DNA of 64,000 bases, taken from NCBI GenBank assembly GCA_052327205.1, contig JBMRGM010000041.1, positions 9,920,001 to 9,984,000 of the forward strand, in the 5' to 3' direction. Each line of letters opens with the position of its first letter. Positions within the stretch are counted from its first letter, which is position 1. A program made the translations under genes and the position numbers. Below, piece after piece: positions 49,096 through 60,013 of the stretch. The DNA is from Somniosus microcephalus (lineage: Eukaryota). Below the pieces are notes generated by a model. It saw only the letters and a list, made by a program, of their open reading frames with translations. It was not told the origin of the DNA and did not search any database.

Positions 49096-52000
49096 ATGAG
49101 GAATTAAAGTTCAATGGGGAAATGTAGTTCAATGGGGAACTGAAGTTCAATGGGGAATTGTAGTTCAGCAGCGATTTGTAGTTCAATGGGGAATTAAAGT
49201 TCAATGGGGAATTGTAGTTCAATGGGGAATTAAAGTTCAATGGGGAAATGTAGTTCAATGGGAAATTGTAGTTCAATGGGGAATTGAAGTTCAATGGGGA
49301 ATTGAAGTTCAATGGGGAATTGTAGTTCAATGGGGAATTGAAGTTCAATGGGGAATTGAAGTTCAATGGGGAATTGTAGTTCAATGGGGAATTGTAGTTC
49401 AAGGGGAATTGTAGTTCAATGGGGAATTGTAGTTCAATGGGGAATTGTAGTTCAATGGGGAATTGTAGTTCAATGGGGAACTGTAGCTCAATGGGGAATT
49501 GTAGTTCAATGGGGAGTTGTAGTTCAATGGGGAATTGTAGTTCAATGGGAAATTGTAGATCAATGGGGAATTGAAGTTCAATGGGGAATTATAGTTCAAT
49601 GGGGAATTGTAGTTCAATGGGGAATTGTAGTTCAATGGGGAATTGTAGTTCAATGGGGAATTGAAGTTCAATGGGGAATTAAAGTTCAATGGGGAATTGT
49701 AGTTCAATGGGGAATTGTAGTTCAATGGGGAATTGTAGTTCAATGGGGAAGTGTAGTTCAATGGGGAATTGTAGTTCAATGGGGAATTGTAGTTCAATGG
49801 GGAATTGTAGTTCAATGGGGAAGTGTAGTTCAATGGTGAATTGTAGTTCAATGGGGAATTGTAGTTCAATGGGGAATTGTAGTTCAAGGGGAATTGTAGT
49901 TCAATGGGGAATTGTAGTTCAATGGGGAATTGTAGTTCAATGGGGAATTGTAGTTCAATGGGGAATTAAAGTTCAATGGGGAATTGTAGTTCAATGGGGA
50001 ATTCTGCTTCAATGGGGAATTGAAGTTCAATGGGGAATTGAAGTTCAATGGGGAATTAAAGTTAATGGGGAATTGTAGTTCAATGGGGAATTGAAGTTCA
50101 ATGGGGAATTGAAGTTCAATGGGGAATTGTAGTTCAATGGGGAATTGAAGTTCAATGGGGAATTGTGGTTCAATGGGGAATTGTGGTTCAATGGGGAATT
50201 GTAGTTCAATGGGGAATTGTAGTTCAATGGGGAAGTGTAGTTCAATGGGGAATTGTAGTTCAATGGGGAATTAAAGTTCAATGGGGAATTGTAGTTCAAT
50301 GGGGAATTCTGCTTCAATGGGGAATTGAAGTTCAATGGGGAATTGAAGTTCAATGGGGAATTAAAGTTAATGGGGAATTGTAGTTCAATGGGGAATTGAA
50401 GTTCAATGGGGAATTGTTGTTCAATGGGGAATTGAAGTTCAATGGGGAATTGAAGTTCAATGGGGAATTGTAGTTCAATGGGGAATTGTAGTTCAATGGG
50501 GAATTGTAGTTCAATGAGGAATTGTAGTTCAATGGGGAATTGTAGTTCAATGGGGAATTGCAGTTCAATGGGGAATTGTAGTTCAATGGGGAATTGTAGT
50601 TCAATGGGGAATTGTAGTTCAATGGGGAATTGAAGTTCAATGGGGAATTGAAGTTCAATGGGGAATTGTAGGTCAATGGGGAATTGTAGTTCAATGGGGA
50701 ATTGAAGTTCAATGGGGAATTGAAGTTCAATGGGGAATTGTAGTTCAATGGGGAATTGTAGTTCAATGGGGAATTGTAGTTCAATGGGGAAGTGTAGTTC
50801 AATGGGGAATTGTAGTTCATTGGGGAATTGTAGTTCAATGGGGAAGTGTAGTTCAATGGGGAATTGTAGTTCAATGGGGAATTGTAGTTCAATGGGGAAT
50901 TGTAGGTCAATGGGGAATTGTAGTTCAATGGGGAATTGAAGTTCAATGGGGAATTGAAGTTCAATGGGGAATTGTAGTTCAATGGGGAATTGTAGTTCAA
51001 TGGGGAATTGTAGTTCAATGGGGAATTGAAGTTCAATGGGAAATTGTAGTTCAATGGGGAATTGACGTTCAACGGGGAATTAAAGTTCAACGGGGAATTG
51101 TAGTTCAATGGGGAATTGTAGTTCAATGGGGAATTGTAGTTCAATGGGGAAGTGTAGTTCAATGGGGAAGTGTAGTTCAATGGGGAATTGTAGTTCATTG
51201 GGGAATTGTAGTTCAATGGGGAATTGTAGTTCAATGGGGAATTGAAGTTCAATGGGGAATTAAAGTTCAACGGGGAATTGTAGTCAAAATGGGGAATTGT
51301 AGTTCAATGGGGAAGTGTAGTTCAATGGGGAATTGTAGTTCAATGGGGAATTGTAGTTCAATGGGGAATTGTAGTTCAATGAGGAATTGTAGTTCAATGG
51401 GGAATTGTAGTTCAATGGGGAATTGTAGTTCAATGGGGAATTGTAGTTCAATGGGGAATTGAAGTTCAATGGGGAATTAAAGTTCAATGGGGAATTGTAG
51501 TTCAATGGGGAATTGTAGTTCAATGGGGAATTGTAGTTCAATGGGGAAGTGTAGTTCAATGGGGAATTGTAGTTCAATGGGGAATTGTAGTTCAATGGGG
51601 AATTGTAGTTCAATGGGGAATTGAAGTTCAATGGGGAAGTGTAGTTCAATGGGGAATTGTAGTTCAATGGGGAATTGTAGTTCAATGGGGAAGTGTAGTT
51701 CAATGGGGAAGTGTAGTTCAATGGGGAATTGTAGTTCATTGGGGAATTGTAGTTCAATGGGGAATTGTAGTTCAATGGGGAATTGTAGTTCAATGGGGAA
51801 TTGTAGGTCAATGGGGAATTGTAGTTCAATGGGGAATTGTAGTTTAATGGGGAATTGTAGTTTAATGGGGAATTGAAGTTCAATGGGGAATTGAAGTTCA
51901 ATGGGGAATTGTAGTTCAATGGGGAATTGTAGTTCAATGGAGAATTGTAGTTCAATGGGGAATTAAAGTTCAACGGGGAATTGTAGTTCAATGGGGAATT

Positions 52001-55000
52001 GTAGTTCAATGGGGAATTGTAGTTCAATGGGGAAGTGTAGTTCAATGGGGAAGTGTAGTTCAATGGGGAATTGTAGTTCATTGGGGAATTGTAGTTCAAT
52101 GGGGAATTGTAGTTCAATGGGGAATTGTAGTTCAATGGGGAATTGTAGGTCAATGGGGAATTGTAGTTCAATGGGGAATTGTAGTTTAATGGGGAATTGT
52201 AGTTTAATGGGGAATTGAAGTTCAATGGGGAATTGAAGTTCAATGGGGAATTGTAGTTCAATGGGGAATTGTAGTTCAATGGGGAATTGTAGTTCAATGG
52301 GGAATTGTAGTTCAATGGGGAATTGTAGTTCAATGGGGAATTGAAGTTCAATGGGGAATTGTAGTTCAATGGGGAATTGAAGTTCAATGGGGAAGTGTAG
52401 TTCAATGGGGAATTGTAGTTCAATGGGGAATTGTAGTTCAATGGGGAATTGTAGTTCAATGGGGAATTGAAGTTCAATGGGGAATTGTAGTTCAATGGGG
52501 AATTGTAGTTCAATGGGGAATTGTAGTTCAATGGGGAATTGTAGTTCAATGGGGAATTGAAGTTCAATGGGGAATTGTAGTTCAATGGGGAATTGACGTT
52601 CAACGGGGAATTAAAGTTCAACGGGGAATTGTAGTTCAATGGGGAATTGTAGTTCAATGGGGAATTGTAGTTCAATGGGGAAGTGTAGTTCAATGGGGAA
52701 GTGTAGTTCAATGGGGAATTGTAGTTCATTGGGGAATTGTAGTTCAATGGGGAATTGTAGTTCAATGGGGAATTGAAGTTCAATGGGGAATTAAAGTTCA
52801 ACGGGGAATTGTAGTCAAAATGGGGAATTGTAGTTCAATGGGGAAGTGTAGTTCAATGGGGAATTGTAGTTCAATGGGGAATTGTAGTTCAATGGGGAAT
52901 TGTAGTTCAATGAGGAATTGTAGTTCAATGGGGAATTGTAGTTCAATGGGGAATTGTAGTTCAATGGGGAATTGTAGTTCAATGGGGAATTGAAGTTCAA
53001 TGGGGAATTAAAGTTCAATGGGGAATTGTAGTTCAATGGGGAATTGTAGTTCAATGGGGAATTGTAGTTCAATGGGGAAGTGTAGTTCAATGGGGAATTG
53101 TAGTTCAATGGGGAATTGTAGTTCAATGGGGAATTGAAGTTCAATGGGGAAGTGTAGTTCAATGGGGAATTGTAGTTCAATGGGGAATTGTAGTTCAATG
53201 GGGAAGTGTAGTTCAATGGGGAAGTGTAGTTCAATGGGGAATTGTAGTTCAGTGGGGAATTGTAGTTCAATGGGGAATTGTAGTTCAATGGGGAATTGTA
53301 GTTCAATGGGGAATTGTAGGTCAATGGGGAATTGTAGTTCAATGGGGAATTGTAGTTTAATGGGGAATTGTAGTTTAATGGGGAATTGAAGTTCAATGGG
53401 GAATTGAAGTTCAATGGGGAATTGTAGTTCAATGGGGAATTGTAGTTCAATGGGGAATTGTAGTTCAATGGGGAATTAAAGTTCAACGGGGAATTGTAGT
53501 TCAATGGGGAATTGTAGTTCAATGGGGAATTGTAGTTCAATGGGGAAGTGTAGTTCAATGGGGAAGTGTAGTTCAATGGGGAATTGTAGTTCATTGGGGA
53601 ATTGTAGTTCAATGGGGAATTGTAGTTCAATGGGGAATTGTAGTTCAATGGGGAATTGTAGGTCAATGGGGAATTGTAGTTCAATGGGGAATTGTAGTTT
53701 AATGGGGAATTGTAGTTTAATGGGGAATTGAAGTTCAATGGGGAATTGAAGTTCAATGGGGAATTGTAGTTCAATGGGGAATTGTAGTTCAATGGGGAAT
53801 TGTAGTTCAATGGGGAATTGTAGTTCAATGGGGAATTGTAGTTCAATGGGGAATTGTAGTTCAATGGGGAATTGAAGTTCAATGGGGAATTGTAGTTCAA
53901 TGGGGAATTGAAGTTCAATGGGGAAGTGTAGTTCAATGGGGAATTGTAGTTCAATGGGGAATTGTAGTTCAATGGGGAATTGTAGTTCAATGGGGAATTG
54001 AAGTTCAATGGGGAATTGTAGTTCAATGGGGAATTGTAGTTCAATGGGGAATTGTAGTTCAATGGGGAATTGTAGTTCAATGGGGAATTGAAGTTCAATG
54101 GGGAATTGTAGTTCAATGGGGAATTGACGTTCAACGGGGAATTAAAGTTCAACGGGGAATTGTAGTTCAATGGGGAATTGTAGTTCAATGGGGAATTGTA
54201 GTTCAATGGGGAAGTGTAGTTCAATGGGGAAGTGTAGTTCAATGGGGAATTGTAGTTCATTGGGGAATTGTAGTTCAATGGGGAATTGTAGTTCAATGGG
54301 GAATTGAAGTTCAATGGGGAATTAAAGTTCAACGGGGAATTGTAGTCAAAATGGGGAATTGTAGTTCAATGGGGAAGTGTAGTTCAATGGGGAATTGTAG
54401 TTCAATGGGGAATTGTAGTTCAATGGGGAATTGTAGTTCAATGAGGAATTGTAGTTCAATGGGGAATTGTAGTTCAATGGGGAATTGTAGTTCAATGGGG
54501 AATTGTAGTTCAATGGGGAATTGAAGTTCAATGGGGAATTAAAGTTCAATGGGGAATTGTAGTTCAATGGGGAATTGTAGTTCAATGGGGAATTGTAGTT
54601 CAATGGGGAAGTGTAGTTCAATGGGGAATTGTAGTTCAATGGGGAATTGTAGTTCAATGGGGAATTGTAGTTCAATGGGGAATTGAAGTTCAATGGGGAA
54701 GTGTAGTTCAATGGGGAATTGTAGTTCAATGGGGAATTGAAGTTCAATGGGGAATTAAAGTTCAACGGGGAATTGTAGTTCAATGGGGAATTGTAATTCA
54801 ATGGGGAATTGTAGTTCAATGGGGAAGTGTAGTTCAATGGGGAATTGTAGTTCATTGGGGAATTGTAGTTCAATGGCGAAGTGTAGTTCAATGGGGAATT
54901 GTAGTTCAATGGGGAATTGTAGTTCAATGGGGAATTGTAGGTCAATGGGGAATTGAAGTTCAATGGGGAATTGAAGTTCAATGGGGAATTGAAGTTCACT

Positions 55001-55864
55001 GGGGAATTGTAGTTCAATGGGGAATTGTAGTTCAATGGGGAATTGTAGTTCAATGGGGAAGTGTAGTTCAATGGGAAATTGTAGTTCAATGGGAAATTGT
55101 AGTTCAATGGGGAATTGTAGTTCAATGGGGAATTGTGGTTCAATGGGGAATTGTTGTTCAATGGGGAATTGTAGTTTAATGGGGAATTGTAGTTTAATGG
55201 GGAATTGAAGTTCAATGGGGAATTGAAGTTCAATGGGGAATTGTAGTTCAATGGGGAATTGTAGTTCAATGGGGAATTGTAGTTCAATGGGGAAATGTAG
55301 TTCAATGGGGAATTGTAGTTCAATGGGGAATTGTAGTTCAATGGGGAATTGAAGTTCAATGGGGAATTGTAGTTCAATGGGGAATTGTAGTTCAATGGGG
55401 AATTGTAGTTCAATGGGGAATTGTAGGTCAATGGGAATTGTAGTTCAATGGGGAATTGAAGTTCAATGGGGAATTGAAGTTCAATGGGGAATTGAAGTTC
55501 AATGGGGAATTGTAGTTCAATGGGGAATTGTAGTTCAATGGGGAATTGTAGTTCAATGGGGAAGTGTAGTTCAAGGGGAATTGTAGTTCAGTGGGGAATT
55601 GTGGTTCAATGGGGAATTGTAATTCAATGGGGAATTGTAGTTCAATGGGGAATTGTAGGTCAATGGCGAATTGAAGTTCAATGGGGAATTGAAGTTCAAT
55701 GGGGAATTGTAGTTCAATGGGGAATTGTAGTTCAATGGGGAATTGTAGTTCAATGGGGAATTGTGGTTCAATGGGGAATTGTGGTTCAATGGGGAATTGT
55801 AGTTCAATGGGGAATTGAAGTTCAATGGGGAATTGTAGTTCAATGGGGAATTCTGTTTCAATGG
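49062..55864. repeat. 18-bp tandem array (AATGGGGAATTGTAGTTC)n, roughly 375 copies
   Basis: direct reading; variant units TGAAG, TAAAG, AAGTGT; 1531-bp higher-order period. Confidence 0.98.
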
Positions 55865-55920
55865 CTGGTTTTCATTGCATATGCACAAAAGTGAACTTGC
55901 ACTTATGTACACTTGCACCA

Positions 55921-56155
55921 TGTGGTAAACCACTGTTATACCTGTCTGTATGTGTATGTGTATTCCACTAGGTACAGGTCTGGACATGCCTCGGCTGACT
56001 CCTCCCACTATTCCAGGTATATAAGTGACTACCTCCCAGTCCCTTAGTATTCTGGACGGGTCGACCACTCGAGACTAGACCTTCATTCTTTAGTTCATAA
56101 AAGCCTGGTTGTTACTCGCTTAACCTCAGTCTTTTGAGTAATTGATGGCGCATCA
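55921..56155 (+). mobile_element. putative 5' LTR of the Gypsy element
   Basis: TG...CA ends, TATATAA at 56018, CATAAA (poly(A)-signal-like) at 56096, directly before gag; the second LTR is outside the window. Confidence 0.6.
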
Positions 56156-56179
56156 ATTTTATTAACTAAATTTTTTATA

Positions 56180-57271
56180 ATGGAGAAGATCCTCACACCA
56201 GCATGCCTGGACCTGGACAGTCGGGAAGCGGACACTTCCACCAAGTTTGCTCACTGGCTCATGTGCCTCGAGGCATTCCTGACTGCCTCCACTGCGGTCG
56301 TAACGGATGCGAACAAACTGTCTGTCCTGATCTCCAAGGTGAACCACCGAGTGTACTCAGTCATCCGGGATGCGACCTCGTACACAGCCGCCCTCCAGCT
56401 CCTCAAGACCCAGTACACGCGCCCTGTGAACGAAGTATACGCTCGGCACCTCCTGGGGAGTCGCAAAAAACAACCTGGGGAATCGACTGAGGAATACCTC
56501 CAAGCACTGTCCGTGCTTGGCCGGGCCTGTGGGTGTAAGGCGGTAACGTCCACTAAGTACACGGAGGAACTGATCCGGGATGCCTTCGTAGCGGGCCACA
56601 GGTCCAACTACACCCGACAGCGACTGCTGGAGCAGAGTGACCTCACCCTCGACAAAGCCTCTGAAATCGCACTAACGCTGGACGCAGCCTACCGGGGCAT
56701 GGATGCCTACTCCTCTGCACCGTGGACGCCGCGGGGAACGACAACCTGGGACATGGTAGGACAGCCCCATAGCACCGTGCCACCCCAGCCACAGCCCAAC
56801 AATGGCCCAACCACCGCAGCAGTGTCCCAAAGCCAGACAGCAGCATCCCAAGGCCAGAAATGCTACTTCTGTGGCCAGGCCAAACACCCCAGAGCGCGCT
56901 GCCCGGCGAAGACTGCGACCTGCTCGGGCTGCGGGAAAAAGGGACACTACGCTAGCGTCTGCAAGGCCAAAGCCACCCCGAACGCCAGCAGCGCCGCATG
57001 TGGGCCATGCGAGCCGCCATCTTGGGCCCCCAACAGTGCCGCGTGTGGGCCGTGCGAGCCGCCATCTTGGGCCTCCCCAGCCATGTGCGAACCACCGCAG
57101 CAGCAGCCAACTTGGACAACTCCAGCCACATGGGAATCATGGACGCCGCCATCTTGGACACCAGCCGGGACGCAGCAGGCCGCCAACCCCCCCCATCTGA
57201 TACCCGCAGCGACACACCGACCCCTACGCTGGCCTCTGTTACGCTGGACCAAACGAGGCCACACCAACTAG
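56180..57271 (+). CDS. Gypsy gag
   Basis: QPGESTEEYL, IRDAFVAG and two CX2CX4HX4C knuckles (CYFCGQAKHPRARC, CSGCGKKGHYASVC). Confidence 0.9.
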   Translation: MEKILTPACLDLDSREADTSTKFAHWLMCLEAFLTASTAVVTDANKLSVLISKVNHRVYSVIRDATSYTAALQLLKTQYTRPVNEVYARHLLGSRKKQPGESTEEYLQALSVLGRACGCKAVTSTKYTEELIRDAFVAGHRSNYTRQRLLEQSDLTLDKASEIALTLDAAYRGMDAYSSAPWTPRGTTTWDMVGQPHSTVPPQPQPNNGPTTAAVSQSQTAASQGQKCYFCGQAKHPRARCPAKTATCSGCGKKGHYASVCKAKATPNASSAACGPCEPPSWAPNSAACGPCEPPSWASPAMCEPPQQQPTWTTPATWESWTPPSWTPAGTQQAANPPHLIPAATHRPLRWPLLRWTKRGHTN

Positions 57272-59513
57272 CTCGGTCCAAAATGGATGTTAAGGTAAAC
57301 GGCCATGCAATAAACTGCCTTTTTGACTCCGGGAGCACAGAGAGCTTCATCCACCCTGACACGGTGCGGCGTTGCTCTCTCCCAGTCCTGCCTGCGCACC
57401 AGCGGATTTCTATGGCCGCCGAGTCCCAGTCAGCGGACATTGGCGGCTACTGCGTGGTGACACTAGTAGTAGACGGGACTGTGTTCAATAATTTTAAACT
57501 CCTGGTCCTGCCCCAACTTTGCGCTGCCGTTCTACTGGGGTTGGATTTCCAGTGCCACCTCAAAAGCGTTACGATGGCGTACGGTGGCCCCCTCCCCCCA
57601 CTCACAGTCCGCAGCCAGCAGCCTCCAAATTGCCCGCCGTGCACCAGATGCAACCTCTCCACACTCAGAGTCCCCCCCCCACTGTTTGCTAACCTCACCC
57701 CCGACTGTAAGCCCATCGCCACAAAGAGCAGGCGATACAGTGCCGGGGACAGGGTTTTCATCAAAACCGAAGTGGAGTGGCTCCTGAAGGAGGGGATTAT
57801 TGAGGGCAGCTCCAGCCCCTGGCGAGCCCAGGTTGTGGTCGTTAAGACCGGCGAGAAACAACGCCTGGTCATCGACTACAGCCAAACAATAAACCGCTAC
57901 ACCCTGCTGGACGCCTACCCACTCCCCCGCATAGCTGACATGGTCAACCAGATCGCGCAGTACCGCGTCTTTTTGACCATTGACCTGAAATCAGCGTACC
58001 ACCAGCTCCCCATCCGCCCCGAAGACCACCAGTATACTGCTTTTGAGGCAAACGGCCGCCTCTATCACTTCCTTAGGGTTCCCTTTGGCGTTACCAACGG
58101 GGTCTCCGTCTTCCAAAGGGAGATGGACCGGATGGTCGATCAAAACGCGCTGCAGGCCACTTTCCCTTACCTAGACAATGTGACCATCTGCGGCCATGAC
58201 TTGCAGGACCATGACGCAAACCTCGAGAAATTCCTCCGCACCGCCCAACTCCTGAACCTGACATATAACAAGGAGAAGTGCATATTCCGCACAGACCACC
58301 TCGCCATCCTTGGCTGTGTTGTGGAACACGGGGTCATCGGTCCCGACCCGGACCGGATGCGTCCCCTTATGGAACTCCCACTGCCCCACTGCCTAAAAGC
58401 TCTGAAGAGGTGCCTAGGTTTTTTTTCCTACTACGCCCAGTGGGTCCCCTACTATGCAGACAAAGCCCGTCCGCTGATCAAATCCACCTCTTTTCCCCTG
58501 ATGGCAGAGGCCCGCTCGGCCTTCCACCGTATCAAGGAGGACATTGCCAAAGCCACCATGCACGCAGTGGACGAATCCATCCCCTTCCAGGTGGAAAGCG
58601 ATGCGTCCGACTTTGCTCTGGCCGCCACCCTTAATCAAGCGGGGAGACCTGTGGCATTCTTCTCACGAACCCTCCAGGGCCCGGAGACCAGACACTCCGC
58701 GGTCGAGAAGGAGGCCCAGGCTATTGTGGAGGCTGTGTGTCATTGGAGGCACTACCTGGCCGGAAAACGATTTACCCTGCTCACTGACCAGCGTTCAGTT
58801 GCTTTTATGTTCAACAACAAGCAGAGGGGCAAAATCAAAAATGACAAGATCTTGAGGTGGAGAATCGAACTTTCCACCTACAATTACGAGATCTTGTACC
58901 GGCCTAGGAAGCTCAATGAACCCCCAGATGCCCTATCGCGTGGCACCTGCGCCAGCGCGCAGATCGATAGGCTGAGGGCCCTCCACAATGACCTCTGCCA
59001 CCCGGGGGTCACCAGGTTTTTCCACTTCATCAAGGCCCGCAACCTGCCTTACTCCATCGAGGAGGTCAGGACCATGACCAAGAACTGCCAAGTCTGCGCT
59101 GAGTGCAAACCGCACTTTTATAGACCAGACAGAGCCCACCTGATAAAAGCCACTCGCCCTTTCGAACGCCTGAGCGTCGATTTTAAAGGGCCTCTCCCCT
59201 CCTCCGACCGCAATGTGTACTTCCTCAACATCATTGACGAGTACTCCCTTTTCCCGTTCGCTATCCCCTGCCCGGACATGACCAGTGCCACGGTCATTAA
59301 ATGTCTGAACAGCCTCTTCACCCTGTTCGGTTTCCCCAGCTATATCCATAGCGGCCGGGGCTCATCGTTTATGAGCGACGAACTCCGCCAGTACCTGCTC
59401 GCTAGGGGTATAGCCACAAGCAGGACCACCAGTTACAACCCCCGGGGGAACGGACAGGTGGAAAGAGAGAATGCAACAGTTTGGAAGGCCGCCCTACTAG
59501 CCTTAAAGTCTAG
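56998..59513 (+). CDS. Gypsy pol (protease-RT-RNase H-integrase), interrupted
   Basis: CLFDSGST, RLVIDY, IDLKSAYHQ, PFG, YLDN, ESDAS, LTDQ, H-H-C-C, VDFKGP, NGQVER; -1 frame relative to gag, true start of the pol frame uncertain. Confidence 0.92.
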
Positions 59514-60013
59514 GGGCTAGATTTTCAGTTGCTTGCGCCAGCAGTTAGCGCCTTAAGAGAAGTGATTTCCGGGTGCTATGCGTGTAGCGCCCGGGCGCAG
59601 CGCAGTTTGCGCCTCGCCCCACATTAAGTTGGCCGTTAGCGCCGGCGCAAAGTTTAGCGCCCGCCCGGATGCGCGCGCAGAAAATGGCGTCACATCCTCG
59701 TGCAACGCCCTTTGGCCGCCCCGATTCCAAACTTCAGTCGGACCGCCCCATTGTGCGGCTGGCGGCCGGAGCGTTTGAAAAAAGGAATGCAACACAACCA
59801 GCGCGGGCCCCGGGGGGCGCAAATTAAAGGGGACGTGCCCTCCAGTATAAAGGCCAGCCATTTTTCAGCAAACACTCTAGTGCAACGCATTTCTGGACAC
59901 ACAACAAGGAGGATAGCTAACTGGTTTCAAGCGGCAACAGCTCAGGTATTTTTGGACTCAGGCCAGAGCGCTGCAAGTGGCCTTTTGGAAATTTGAGTGT
60001 TTGCCAGGATTTG

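Noticed and set aside
49062-55864. CRISPR-like or telomeric array
   Set aside because: No unique spacers, no cas genes, eukaryotic context; the unit is not TTAGGG.
48947-56068. Long ORFs (LNYNSP)n, (WGIVVQ)n, (MGNCSS)n up to 505 aa
   Set aside because: Translations of an 18-bp stop-free tandem unit; no start context, splice structure or unique domain.
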